A stretch of 64,000 nt of DNA, taken from the NCBI RefSeq assembly GCF_006345805.1, contig NC_043002.1, positions 89,776,001 to 89,840,000 on the forward strand, in the 5' to 3' direction. Shown here in pieces: positions 50,079 to 64,000 of the stretch. A program made the translations under genes and the position numbers. This stretch comes from Octopus sinensis. Lineage: Eukaryota. Each line of letters begins with the position of its first letter. Positions within the stretch are counted from its first letter, which is position 1. The notes beneath the pieces are model-generated. The model ran no database searches. It saw nothing but the letters and a program-made list of their open reading frames with translations, and was not told the origin of the DNA.

Positions 50079-53000
50079 GATTATGCCAGCTGTCCATCAC
50101 AGCAGAACTGATACCAGTGCTGGCGCCACATAAAAAGCACTTGCACTGGCACCACATAAAAAGCACTCAGCACACTCTGAGGAGTGGTTGGCATTAGGAA
50201 GGGCATCAAACCATTGAAATTATGCCAGAACAGACAATGGGGCTTGGTGGGGCCCCTGGCCTTACCAGCTCCAGTTAAACCATCCAACCCTTGCCATCAT
50301 GGAAAATAGGCATTAAATGATGATGATGAATTTACAAAGTCAAATATGTGCAGTATAGTGCCATAATCATTCTCTGAAACAAAGAGGCATTCTTTTTGTT
50401 TCTAGTCTCATTCGAAATGAATACACAAATATTCACATACCTTTGTCTCTGTATGTTAGAGATATATTGGATACACTATTGCAATACAAGTTGATTGACA
50501 TTTCTTAATCAAATCCTCAAATGACTCAAAGGTCAATATTCCTTCTAATTCATAACATTATCCACTAGAGTGTTCAACAATATTATTTTTTTTCCCTTGT
50601 TTTGTATCCATATAGCCAGATCTACATCACAGAAATAAGCTCACTTTTCTTCCGCTCAGCAAAAGAAAAACAAATATATTATTGAAATTAGTTGCTAACT
50701 ATTAACTAAATACAGATCCATCCTCTATTAGAAGTGATTACATATCTAGGATGATACATGTTCTTACATTCAAGGTTTCATTCAAAGGAAACCTAATCAT
50801 GTGTTAGGCTCTGTAGATACACTTAGCTAAGCTTGCTAATTAATGTACTGTGCAATCTCTTTTTCTTCTCATAAAACTCATTGTTTTCTGCCCTCACCCT
50901 CACCAAATATTATTATAAGCCCTTTATCCTATTTTTCTTTTCCACTATTCGAGTATGATCGTTACCAGCATCGCCTTACTGGCACTTATGCCTGTGCTAG
51001 TAGGTCACCAAGAACACCATCCGAGCGTGATCGTTGTGATCGTTGCCAGAGCAGCCAACTGGCTTCCGTACCCGTAGCACGTAAAAGGGCACCATTTGAG
51101 CATGATCATTACCAACGTCACTTCACTGGCACCTGTGTCGGTGGCACATGTAAAAAGATTCGAGCGAGGTCATTGTTAGTACCGCCTGACTGCAGGTGGC
51201 ACGTAAAAAGCACCCACTACACTCTCGGAGTGGTTGGCATTAGAAAGGGCATCCAGCTGTAGAAACTCTTCCAGATCAAGACTGGAGCCTGGTGCAGCCA
51301 TCTGGTTGCCAGCCCTCAGTCAAAACCGTCCAACCCATGCTAGCATGGAAAACGGACGTTAAATGATGATGATGATGATGACTGTTGTATCTATCTGCAA
51401 ATTAAACCCTAACCCTATCCTCCCTAAGTTTCTTCTCAATCCTATATGTGATTCTTTTCTTGTCAATGTTTTCCTTTCAACAATGATGATTCAAATTACA
51501 TCAATTGTTCTAATCTCACTTGAATATCTTTGTCTTCTAATCTAAGGACACCTGAAATTCTAAGAGACCTCTCTCCCTTAACCATTCAAATAAACAAAAT
51601 TTTGTTTAGGGGTGCCTCATAACACATTTAGCACTTTAACCTTCATAGCAGCTTTACTCCATAAACAATTCATTCAAGAGATAAAGGCTGACCTTCAAAT
51701 GATTTATTGGATGTGAGGTAGAAAAATTCATTTTTAAACTTTTTACTTTGTTTATAAATACTGCATCAAGTGATACTTAAAAACAAAAAAATGATAATTT
51801 TTACTGGTCCTTTGTTAATTTAACCTTTTACATTTCTACAGAAACATTGAGTCACTGCTCAGCCGAAGAACAGCTTGCTTGCACATATGTTGTTAGAGTG
51901 AAGTAGGAATACAGTAACAAAGCTGACAGCAACAGTAAAGAATTCTGTTGACACAAACCACATATGTTGAGCATAGTCAAGCCAAACTAATGTAGTGAAT
52001 TAAAAGAATGTTCTTGAATATTACAAAAATTGCTTGTGTTTAATTTTTTCCTTTTATTTCCTGAATGACAACTAAAAGTTAGATCATAATGGATCTTGTT
52101 GGTAAAAATAATGCAATAATAATAATAACAATAATAATAATAATAATAATAATTATAATAATAATCACACAGCATGTAGTTTGAGAATGCAAGTTAAGAT
52201 ACAACAGGATTGAAATATTCAAACTTTGCCTTGATTGTTTTCTAAAATAAGATGTGAAATTTAGACTAAATGTGTTTGAGAAAATGTACATCGATAATCA
52301 ACTTGATAATGTATGTTGGAGAAGTGCTTTGGAAAATATACATTAATATTTTCATATTTTGTGTTAATGGAATAATTTGTGTTGTAGAATGTGTGGAAGA
52401 AGATAAATGGCCAGAGATAAAAAGAAAAGTGAGATAAATGAATTTAGACCAAAGAAGAGAGAAAATAAAATGTGATAGCAAAGTAAAAGCTTATATATAT
52501 GGTTGGTTGTAAATGAAAATCATAATCAGAGACAGACATTTCTGGTGTCGGATGATGCCAAGAGCGAATGAAAATTATTTTTTTTACAATATAGTCCAAA
52601 AATGGTTCAGCTGAATACTAGTTTCTGATTAGTTAAAATAACACACATGATAATGAGGAATCTAAAATGGTCATGTTTTTTTTTTTTGTCAATCTAATAA
52701 AAAAAAATGTCTCACAGACAATTAGTCAGAACTAAAATTTCTGATGGAGCAGAATTAATTGCATAAGGTGAAACTAAAATATCCTCTGTGTAAAAATCCT
52801 GACACAAGTAAAAATAATGATGAAGTAAGAACATCAAAAATCTCTGTCTTCATTGCTCTAGATCAGTACATTATTTATGTATCCCAGAAGGATGAAAGGC
52901 AAAGTTGACTTTGATGGGATTTGAACTCGGAACACAATGTACTAGAATTGTAATGCATTTTTTTAATGCTCTGATTATTCTGCCAATTGTCTACCATGGT

Positions 53001-53460
53001 GTTACATTTGTAGAAAATCTATCTCACTAATAAAGCAATCATTTAAGAAATATTTGTAACAAGAGCAGATATACATCTTTTAATGTTATTGTTGCTTGGC
53101 TTTTGGCCAGCTGTGCTTTGTGCAAACTTATGATCAAAGGTATCCCAGCCATGCCAGCCATTACCATTCATCCTTTTTTATAAACATAGTTTTACCTTGG
53201 ATTACATCGTCCAACAATGCCTTTCTGTTTTAAGACAATATGGTGTAATTTGAGGGAGATTTTGTTGCTGTTTCTAGCAGGTCAAGTGACTATGTAACTT
53301 CATACCTATATATCTATATGAAGTGTTGGTATCATTCTCTGTTACTACACAGAATTCTATGAATATTGCCTTTGTGAAATTGACGGAGTAATCACAACAC
53401 TATAAGAAATATCTATATTCTACTTCAGTTTTAAGTACTTTTCCTTTTGTTTTTAAACTA

Positions 53461-53510
<50 letters not shown>

Positions 53511-54036
53511 ACACACTCATAATCTTAGGTATTCCTTTTGTAGTACGTATGCAATTTTATCGTTACTGTGAGCAGCAAACCAAGTGGATGCACCAAAACT
53601 TTTTAACCTTGCTGTGGCAAGAAAAGCGGGATGGATCTGACCAGTTTCTAGTTTCCTTGGAGCTTCACCAGCGAACAGTCTCCTCAGTACAGAGAGAGAT
53701 TAGTAGTTATTAATAGTATATGCAAACTCAGATACTTTGCATAACAGTACATGCTTTGAGCCTGTGTTTACTAAGTTGATTAATCATGCACTATACACTA
53801 GAAATTAGAGCGATCCTACGTTTCTCATCTATGGTGAGATAAGAAGTTGCTGATGTACTGTTTAATTTTTTGCAACAAACATTGTGTTCATAATTGAAAA
53901 AAGGAAGGCTATGAATGACCCATCCTTTTTTCCCCCTGTCCTTCTAATTGTTGTTTCTCCTGTCCGCCTTTTTATCATCCATCTGTTCAAATATTTTATT
54001 GTCCTCCATTTTAGTTCCGTTCTTTATATTTATATA

Positions 54037-54434
54037 CTAGCAGTATCGCCCGGCGTTGCTCGGGTGTGTAAGGGAAATAACTATATAAGCATTTTTAGAG
54101 AGTTATAGCCAAAAAATAGCAAAAAAATGCATTAAAAATGGAAAGAAAATGATGGTAAATTTTTTTTAAAATCGTTGACTCATCGTAGACGTTTTTAGAG
54201 AGTTACTTCCCTTATATAATAGCGAAAAAATGCATTAAAATGGAAAAAAATGATGGTAAATTATTTTTAAAATCGTAGACTCATCGTAGACGCACGCTAA
54301 TACCCAGAAGGGCTCGATATGAATCACGACTATAAGATACCCGGTTTTGGTTAAACTGCACTGCAAAATGTGGGAGTAGTTAGGAATCTAAATCGTAGGA
54401 GACAGACACACAACTTCACTTTTATATATAAAGA
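54037..54434 (-). mobile_element. Non-autonomous Helitron-like element
   Basis: Same CTAG/hairpin end as 1769-2271. Has an internal tandem duplication (ATGCATTAAAAATGG...TCATCGTAGAC twice) and lacks the ~230-bp interior of the 1769 copy. Confidence 0.78.
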
Positions 54435-55210
54435 TATAGTGGTGTACATACACACCTATGCTCACCTAATAGTAAGCATGTATCTAAATTTTGATGACGC
54501 TTTACTCTATCTTTTGTCCTCTCATACTTTCTTCCTCTTTTCTTTTTCTTGCTCCCCCTCTCTCTCATATTTCTTGGCCCTCTCTTTCTTCAACTCCTAC
54601 TTTTCTTCCTCGTTTATCTCCCCTGTACCTTTCCCTTTGTCTCTTTGATTTTTTTCCTAATCCTTCAATCCTGCTGCCACTTACCTTTCTCTCCTTCCAC
54701 GTGATCAGTGTCCGGCCAGCCATGATCTTTCTTTCTTTGCCTAACTGCCGACCGCCAACACCTCTTATGTCCATCTCCTATGTTCCTACCTTTAGGCTTT
54801 CACTTCATTCACACCAGCTCAATTTGACTCTTTCTCAGTCGAAAGACACCTGTTGTTATATTCATGTTGTTTGTATTTGTAATTGTGTATCATGTTCTCT
54901 GTTTTTCCTCTTTGTTCCCATACACATTTGCTAGCTTTCTTAGAAAAAAATCTAATGCTCTTAGCTTAGACTTTTTTGGGGGCAACCAAATCGAACTGTA
55001 TCAAGTGTAACTGCCTGAAACAGTAAGGATATCTGGTAACTTGACTGAAGAAAGAAGGCCATGAACGACCCATCCTTTTTTTTCCTGTCCTAATTGTGTC
55101 TTCTGTCTGCCTTTGTATCATCTATCTGTCTCAATGTTTTATTGTCCTCTATTGCATTGTAGTTCCATTTTGTATATTTATATACACATATAACGGCATA
55201 TATTTGTGCT

Positions 55211-55244
<34 letters not shown>

Positions 55245-55307
55245 CACTTTATTTTATATTTAGTTTGCAAGATTTTTTATGTGAATTTGTGTGTTGTATA
55301 TTTTGCT

Positions 55308-55502
55308 GTGTTTGGGGAGAGTCATTCTCTTTTAATGCCTCATTAATTAACACACCCACAGGTCTGATTTCCACTCATTTACTTATTTTAAAAAAATTTA
55401 TTTATTTTGTTATTATTTTTTTTAATAGTAAATAAATGAGTGGAAATCGAACAGGTGTGTTAATTAATAAGGCATTAAAACAGAATGACTCTCCCCAGAC
55501 AC
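55308..55502. repeat. Foldback element (family also at 61397-61623 and, partly, 29850-30050)
   Basis: GTGT(T/C)TGGGGAGAGTCATT... versus ...AATGACTCTCCCCAGACAC. Confidence 0.8.
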
Positions 55503-55623
55503 AATAATACACACACACACACACACATACACATATATGTATATTTTATGTCTATGTATCTATATGTCTGTGTATATTTATATGTGTGTGTTTATGTATA
55601 TTTATATATGTGTGTGTATGTAC

Positions 55624-55661
<38 letters not shown>

Positions 55662-56109
55662 ATGTATATATGTATATGTAGGTATCTGTGTGTATATTGA
55701 TGAAAGTCTGTTTCTAGTGGCAATTTAAATTCTGCAATGCAATGCCTCTCATATCACTACATTATATTATTAGTAGGTCTCAGTTAAAGTTGTCAAAACT
55801 TGGCTATATGCAATATAATATACTCTTCCACATCAAAACAACATTATTCAAGATCAAAGTTAATTCTTATCGATAGCTATTTGCACTTTTACACAAAGAT
55901 TGACAACATTTTCCACTGAAATAGAATATTACACACACATACACGCAGCACGTATTCACACACACACACAAACACGTTTGGTTGGGGCTGGATGGGTGTA
56001 ACTTTATTTTGTGAATGAAATGATGGGAAAATGTTGCTTCAAAATTCACAATAGATGAAAGCTAACTTAAAATAATAATAATAATAACAATAATAACAAC
56101 AACAACAAT

Positions 56110-56162
<53 letters not shown>

Positions 56163-58544
56163 TAATAATAATAATAATAACAACAATAATTATAATAATG
56201 CTGATAGGAGCAGTTATTCATTCTATATTCATGTTGTAATGTATAATCGGATAGAAGGATTTTACGAGGGCTAACGCAAAAGAACAACAGTATTAATGAG
56301 CAAAATATTAACGACAAAAGAAACTTGAAAGGAATTTGAATTTTAAAAGTGCGTGTGAGTCTTTATTCTTTATGAACTCAGTATTTTTTTTTTTCAATTT
56401 TCTTTCTGTATTCATATAATTTAATTATCTCCAAAAATAGAAATTTATTTTAAATTAACCCAGCAAACCCTATACAAATTATATTTTCCAGAGACTTAAA
56501 ATTTTCAGTTTTCCCCATGGAAGTGTCATGTTGGTGCTTCTTCATTCCCAGAGTTTCAGAAAGTGAAAGTATTTATCTCATCAAAAGTAGGTGGTTTCAA
56601 GGGGCCTGGGGAAAAAAAAAATATCACATTTTATTTAAATACTATAAACAATCAGACAAAAATACTTCAGATCAGTTATCAACTGACAATACATGACTTT
56701 TATACAAGTTATATATGATGGCATTATGCATAGAGGGGAAAAAGAACCTTTCATTCAATTTTTAAAGCTAAGTAAAATAATGAGGCAAAAGCATTTTAAG
56801 TCAATCATTTACTGAAAATACATGACATGCAAAGACTGGAAACACCTTACATAGTATCGTGGCATTACATGTATATTCAGTATTTTTCACGTTGATGATT
56901 AAGATGAATATTGCAGCCGATACCACAAAGAAACTCTGCCACAGTCTTGTGATTCTCCCGTCCAATGATTTGATTTTTTTCTGTGATATGTATTTTTTCC
57001 TGGATTTTGGTTTTGAGGTGAAGTGACAATATAACCACTCCTGTAAAAGGGGAATATCAAAGCATGAAAGTGAAACTAGTAGTGAGATGGAAGAATACTG
57101 GCCGGATTGTCATCAAATTACATTCCTTGGTTAATATTGGTTTCAAAGTTTGACACAAGGCCCTGCAATTTCGGAAGAAGGGATAAATTGATTACATCAA
57201 TCCCTGTGCTCAATTGGTACTTATTTTATCGATCTTGAAAGGATGAAAGGCAAAGTCGGCCTTGGCAGCATTTGAACTCAGAACTTAAAGACAGGCGAAA
57301 TGCAGCTAAGCACTTTTGACCAGCGTGCTAATGACTCTGCCAGCTTGTCACATTTTCCTTGATTGATGTCAACAAAGCATAAGGTGTTAGATTGCTGAGC
57401 AAAATGCTGAGTGACATTTTGTCCATCTGTATGATACAAGTTCAAATTCAATCCAAGGTCGACATTGCCTTTCATTGTTTTGGAGTTGATAAAGTAAGAA
57501 CCAGTTGAGCATTGAGGTTGATGTAATTGACTTACCTCCACCCACTAAATTACTGGCCTTGTGCCAAAATTTGAAACCAGTATTAACAAAGCATGGCAAT
57601 TGCTTTGAACCCTTTGCTTGTCAAGATCATTTTCATGACTTTTAATTAGTCCTTGTTTCATATGCTTTGAGTAAAATGTCAGTTACCTCTCATAAGTCCC
57701 AAGTCACACAGGGGGTTAAAAAAAAAAAGTAATGTGTATCAGATATGAAGCCTGAACACCAGGGAAATATGTCCGGTGTATCACTTGTGATACACAGGAC
57801 AATCAACTACTCAAGTTTCAAATGTTAATAGAAAAGAGAAGGATTAACAGGAAATACACAAGAAACTTCTGCAAATTTTAGGCAGTTCAGCAACTCAAGT
57901 TTCGAATGTTAATAGAAAAGAGAAAATGATTAACAGTAAATATGCAAGACACTTTTGCAAAATCTGTGATACATTTGACTTTGTCTTAGTGTGGTCAGGA
58001 TATAAAGTTCACTGAAGACTTGCATCATGTGGATGAGATGTGGATGTATACTAAAAGAATTTGTCATGAGAAATCTTTGATCAGAGACATATCCTCTAAG
58101 GAAAACGATCTTTGTGTGTAAGTCAGCATATTTTGATGTTTGACATGAGTGTAAAATAGAGTGTTAACCGAAACTGTTGCTGCAATACATACTTTGAGAT
58201 ACTAGCAGAGATACCAAGCATTGCTCAGGATTAAAATGGCATAGTTTTTTATTGTCTTACTTGCTTCAATCATGTAACTGTGGCCATACTGGAGCCTCAC
58301 CTTTAGTTGAAGTAATTGAACTCAGGATTTATTCTTTGTAAGCCTGGTACTTATTCTATCGGTGTGTTTTGCTGAACTGCTAAATCACAGGGACGTAAAC
58401 ACATCAACATTGGTTGTCAGGCGTTGGTGGGGGAACAAACACAGACACACACATATACGACAGTCGTCTTTCAGTTTTCGTGTATGAAATCCACTCACAA
58501 GGCTTTGGTCAGCCTGAGGCTATAGTGTGTGTGTGTGTGTGTGT

Positions 58545-58776
58545 GGGAAGGTTTTGGCATTTATAAGCAACCATCTTTCCCTTTTTCTAGCAAGGATGTA
58601 GTCAATTTGGCTAGTGTGTCTGCCAGATCAGTAGGTGACTAGGTGACTGGAAGGTTTCCCAAAGTTAGTATTGCAAACCATAAGATCATTTGCATCGCAG
58701 AACTCCAGCAGCCTGGTTCCCTCCTCATTGCGGGAACCATAACCGTAGCCTCCATGTACGCCATGGAAGCCCCCTG
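58545..58776 (-). mobile_element. RTE LINE endonuclease fragment
   Basis: Minus strand reads GFHGVHGGYGYGSRNEEGTRLLEFCDANDLMVCNTNFGKPSSHLVTY*SGRHTSQIDYILARKRERW. Confidence 0.88.
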
Positions 58777-58811
<35 letters not shown>

Positions 58812-59775
58812 TAATTTCAAATCTTCATTGAAATTGAGGATGGCACATCTAAACTCCCAACACTCACTTTGGGCCTTTAGTATTGTATTTGTTTGAACCT
58901 GAATCCAGGACTTGTCCTGGAAAATACAGCATATGGCAACCCTATTGTTTCAACACTGGCCCTTACTTCTACAATTCTAATGCATTCGAATCTTTAAGCT
59001 GTACTACAAACAGAAATGTCATCATATAGTTTCGTTTTACTGATGTTTAATCTACTAAAATTTATGGAGATTGCTGATCAAATTAGTTTCACTTTAGGAT
59101 CACAAACTGAAAGAATGCATCAATCTCAATAGTTTTAGTTTCGATTCATATTTACTCTTCACTCTTTCTAAACAAGCTTGTCTTTTATGTTATTTTTGTC
59201 CAGTGTGCCTATTGTGTGATTTACACTTCATGGCAGTTGATGGACGTTAATAAAGTCTTCAGTGTCGATCAGCTCAATATCTAGATGAGCATGACTGGTT
59301 TTTATAAATTAGTTGAAAGCTAGACTACGAAAGAGAATGGTATTTTATAGTGGTTGATATTTATGACTTTTTTAGTCCGAATTTCACCAGAGTTGAAATT
59401 GTCTTTAATCGAATGTGATAGAACCGTCATTATTATGGTACATACGGTTAAAAACAAAAGAATACTGCTACTCTCTCTCACAAAGAAATACATAGACATA
59501 TACATACATGTGTGTGCGTGTGTGATAGGCAACCGTTTCATGTTTAACAGCTCAACCCTGATTGAACAGACCTATGATCAAAGACGATTGAGCTGTGACA
59601 ATTCCATCTGTTTAAAGGTATCTAGAACTACATTATCCACTGTTCTTAGGCATTTTTTTTTAAGATGAAAAATTGAGTTTTGAGGGAGATTTGGCTGCTA
59701 CGAAAAACGCAATAAAAATTAGGGCAAACTAACTGTTTCAGAGATATTCACATTTTTATGATGGTTATGGACAAA

Positions 59776-60915
59776 GGTAAAACGTGTGCACACCACCTAA
59801 CCCTAACCCCAAAACTAAGCCTAAAACTAACTCTAACCCTAAAAGTAACCCTAACACTAACCAGCATGCACACACTTTACCTTCACCCAACATTCTATGC
59901 TAAATTACAATACTACAACATGGAGTTCTACCAAATTCTGTAGAATGTCCATGTTATCACTCACCAAGTTTTTTTGTGTGATGACATTAACACATGGAGA
60001 TATCGAAAGATTGTGTCTTGTCCTCATCGTCCAAGAGGAGAATGTGGTTTCACTGTTTCTAACTGCCAGAATACCTTTTTGGAGAGAGCACATATTCCTG
60101 CCTGGAAAGTACTCTTGTCCATTAATCATTTTCTTGACCGGACATGGAATCGCAGGATTATGGTTGAAAACCTTGATATAAGTTTACATACATCTGATGG
60201 TCGTTTTGCTGTGAGGTTTGTCAATATTGGCTGGAAGAGGTACAAGACAAAATTGGAGGTTCAGGCATTGAAATTGAAGTTGATGAAACAGTTATTGTCC
60301 ACTGCAAATACAACTGGGGGGTGATGAGTAAAATTGGCATGGTTGTTCGGTGGAATTTAAAGAGTTTCAGAAAAAACATTCATGGTGCCTTTATCTTCGA
60401 TTGTGATGAGGGCAAGTCAAGGGATACTGCAACTCTTATTCCTCTTCTCATTCATCATGCTTAGCCGGGGTCAGTGATTTTAGTGACTGTTGAGAGGGAT
60501 ACATGAGACTCATGGAATATGGGTTTAGCCATTACCAGATCAATCTAAGTGAATATTTTGTTGATCTTGACAATCAAAGTATTCATACTCAGACTGTTGA
60601 AAGACTTTGGAGAAGTCATCATCATCATCATCATCATCGTTTAACGTCCGCTTTCCATGCTAGTATGGGTTGGACGGTTCAACTGGGGTCTGGCAAGCCC
60701 GAAGGCTGCACCAGGCCAGTCAGATCTGGCAGTGTTTCTACAGCTGGATGCCCTTCCTAACGCCAATGCCCTTCCTGTGAAGGAAATTGTTCAGAGACCT
60801 GGGATGAGGTGTAAGTACCTCATGCAGTATGTGGTGAGGTATCTGTTCATTCAGTTTATTCCGAATCATACTGAACGGCTCTATCACTTTCTTATGGAGA
60901 GCAGCAAACTTTAAA
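59776..60915 (+). mobile_element. Merlin (IS1595/ISXO2-like DDE) transposon remnant, interrupted by an RTE tail at ~60617-60772
   Basis: Frameshifted translation IGGSGIEIEVDETVIVHCKYNWG...WLFGGI...RDTATLIPL...SDC*EGY...HYQINLSEYFVD...IHTQTVERLWRS, resuming VKEIVQRPGMRCKYLMQYVVRYLF after the insert. CTAACC-like repeats at 59796-59862. Confidence 0.8.
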
Positions 60916-61244
60916 CTAGGACTCTCTTTAAAACGTGGATATATTTGAAATGGTAAGCTTGCTCTATTTTTTGTTACTTGTTTTGTAATATACATAGAAT
61001 GTTGTCTTGCAAGTTACTTGGAGTCCCTCTAGTATCAGTGGCACAAAAAATAACTCACCACCACCATCCAAGAAAAAAAAACCAAAAAGATCCTGTACAC
61101 TCTGTAAAATGTTTGATATTAGGAAGGGCATTTAATCATAGAAAAGCTGACATTGAAGCTTGAGGCAGTCTTGCAGCTTGTCAGATCCTTTCAAACCATT
61201 CAGCCCATACAACACTAGAAAACAAACATTAAATAATGATGATG

Positions 61245-61275
<31 letters not shown>

Positions 61276-61396
61276 CAGAAGTATTATGAGTTTGTGGTAA
61301 GAACTTTTGTCAAGTTAATTAAAGAAAAAGATTTCGTTTTTGGATTTGGTTTGCAAGATTCTTTATTTGAGCTTGTGTGTTGAAGCATATTCGGTT

Positions 61397-61623
61397 GTGT
61401 CTGGGGAGAGTCATTTTCTTTTTGTGCCTTATAATGTAATACACTCAACGGTAAAATTTCCACTTATTTTCTTATTTTTTTATTTTCCTAAAATTTTCTT
61501 TGCATCTTGCAACCTTGACACAACGAAAATTTTAGGAAAATAAAAATAAGAAATAATTGGATATTTTACCGGTGAGTGTGATACATTATAAGGCACAAAA
61601 AGAAAATGACTCTCCCCAGACAC
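61397..61623. repeat. Foldback element, same family as 55308-55502
   Basis: Inverted arms of about 100 bp ending GACTCTCCCCAGACAC. Confidence 0.82.
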
Positions 61624-63445
61624 TAAAGAAAAAGAATTGAACAGATACCGAATAAATTGCGAAATTAGTTTCACCTACCAGCATATCATTATGAAACTAT
61701 CTCCTACTGAGTTGTATGGACAGTTATTCAGGATGTAGTTTTTAAAAAGGTTACAATAGAAAGACTGAACATCAGCAAATGGCACACATTATACATCAAT
61801 GTACATTAGTTGAGTATATTTTCCCTTAAATAGTGTGTGTTTAGTGTGTGACACATGGATATTACTTGTTTTAAAAGTTAAATCAATACTTTGATGAATC
61901 AGTGTTAGATGTTAGATTGAGGAGAATTAAATCTTTGTCACACGCACACAAAAAACAAAACAAGACAAAACAAAAAAAGACTATTAGTATATTTCATACG
62001 ACAGATGGCATAGTTGATTAATTTTTTTTTTGTTTTGGGAAATTCTGTAATCTCAAATGGATTGTTGATTATTTCAAAAGAAACTTTTAATACTGTTGAA
62101 GCCATCTTACATACTGTGCGAGATAAGAGAGCTATGGTAGACAAAACTTGAATGAATATAATTGGCAATGAAATATTTACAACCCAGTGGCAAAGTTGTA
62201 GTAGCAGAAAAAATATTCTGAATTTTTTTCTTTTTCATAAAGATAATCATTTCTGTTAATCATACTATGAATTTATAATGAATTTTATTATATTCGTATT
62301 TTCATTATTTTGTTGGCTGTAAAGTTAATGAAAGTGGTTGTTAACATTAGTTTTGTTTGGTCACTGGGTGATTGCTAGCAATGTATTTATTTGTTTGAAG
62401 GAGAAATATTGAATATCACTGTTATAAATCTCTATATATGTATTTCATGTTCGGTGACATAGATCTATTGACCTTGTGTTATCAAATTAAAAAGAAAGAA
62501 AACTGCAACTATCACTAAACATAACATAAATACAAGAGTATCATCATCATTATCATCACCATCAACAACATCTAACATCCATATAGCAATGGAAATTGTT
62601 AAGTCTTAACATCCCACTGGGAACTACAATTAATGAACATTTATGGATAGTGAAATCTTATTTTAATGAATTTCCAACAAAGTTGTTTTACTTTTTTTTT
62701 CAAAACAGCATCAGGTTGTGAAAAATGTTTATTCCTTTGAGGAAAATTTGTGTAATTACATTTTTTCTGGAATTATTCCAGTAATTAAAAGCTGATTTAG
62801 AAAATATTGTATCAATATAAATTACTGTGTAAATATATTTATTGTTTCTTTGGTCTTCAAACATTCTGTATTTTCCTAGAATTTTTCTATCCCATTTTTG
62901 CTGAGTTCCAGTTTATGGAATACAGTGCTTAAGGAAATCTGTTTTATAGAATTAAATCACATCAAAATCTTCCTTTTCTATAGAACCCTCACTTATTTAC
63001 ACTTCTCTTTGCAACACTGAAAATTCTCCTTGGCTTTCTCTGTCTGTCTATCTCTCTTTATCCATTGAATGGTAATTGTGAACTAGTGTCATCATCATGC
63101 AAACAGTGTTCTTGGTTTCCAATCTTCTGTGAAAACATGTCTGGTCATGGGGAAACATTACATTGCTTGGCAACAAGTAAGGGTTGGTGATAGGAAGGGT
63201 ATCCATCTTTTGAAAATTGCTTCAATGAATACATCTGACCCATTTGAGCATAGAAAAGTGACTGTTAAATCACATTGGTGATGATGTGTTTGTGGATTCA
63301 TGGTTTGCGGAAATTGCTTGCATTGATATTAGTTGTTTTTCTTCACAGATAATCTTATTAAGCTTAGATAATGCTTAATCATTGGTGTCCAATTTTGGAA
63401 GGTTCTGTGGCACGTATGTATATGTGTGTGTGTGTGTGTATATAT

Positions 63446-64000
63446 CTAATACCCAAAAAAGGTGATTTGTCCCTTGTCACCAACTACAGGGGCATATCTC
63501 TAATGTCAATTGCTGCAAAACTGTACAACAAACTGATCCTAAATCGTCTTGTCCTTTTTGTTGAACCTTTGCTCTGAAAGAACCAAAATGGATTCAGACA
63601 TGGGCGCTCAATGCTGAGCCAGATACTATGCCTGCGCAGACTTATTGAAGAATCAAAAGCATTTAATCACGATCTTGCAATGGTATTTGTAGACTTTTCT
63701 AAAGCGTTCGATTCTGTAGATAGGTACAAGATGTTTGAAATCCTTAAGCTCTATGGGATACCAGACAAAATTATTTCTGCCATCAAGGTCCTCTACACAG
63801 ATACGTCTTCAACCATCTTAACCCCTGATGGAGAAACATCATCTTTCTCGATCGAAGCCGGAATACTGCAGGGAGACACACTCGCCCCATTTCTTTTCAT
63901 CATTGTTGTTGATTATGTGCTACGTATGTCAGTTGATACCATCTCTGGCAAGGGCTTTGAAATAAAACCAAGAAGAAGTTCCAGACACCCAGCTGAGTAC
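63446..64000 (+). mobile_element. RTE-like LINE reverse transcriptase fragment (runs off window end)
   Basis: IPKKGDLSLVTNYRGISLMSIAAKLYNK...*KNQNGFR...FVDFSKAFDSV...GILQGDTLAPFLFIIVVDY, with one stop. Plausibly the same family as 727-1251. Confidence 0.92.

Noticed and set aside
53447-53713. Protein-like open frames on both strands
   Set aside because: Weak splice sites, the start lies in (CT)n, and no recognisable homology.
53895-55180. ~140-bp direct repeats (53895-54035 and 55045-55180) as LTRs
   Set aside because: No TG..CA ends, PBS or gag/pol between them; more likely Penelope-like or LINE terminal fragments, unresolved.
59796-59862. Interstitial telomere or fusion scar
   Set aside because: Short and degenerate, and directly attached to the Merlin remnant.

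Overview
AT-rich, microsatellite-dense animal genomic DNA, about 64 kb. The repeat families suggest an octopus or other coleoid cephalopod (inference, not verified). No host protein-coding gene can be recognised, and most listed ORFs are translated microsatellites or SINEs. The window is a graveyard of mobile elements. It holds fragments of RTE-type LINEs (endonuclease, RT, 3' end, and many copies of the (GAT)n-tailed 3' UTR), an L1/Tx1-like LINE 5' part, several tRNA-derived SINE families, mariner, hAT and Merlin transposase remnants, TA- and TTAA-flanked MITEs, and three non-autonomous Helitron-like elements. Less ordinary items: a CpG-decayed 28S rRNA fragment spanning the peptidyl-transferase loop and split by a SINE with a 13-bp TSD; an unusual density of 110-430 bp palindromes and foldbacks, several probably Penelope-like termini with hammerhead-like motifs; substitution-rich but length-stable 29-bp and 42-bp minisatellites; a two-state 14-bp array; and an apparent shift from CpG-rich to CpG-poor DNA near 13 kb. 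All alignments and translations were done by eye, so boundaries of old repeats are approximate.
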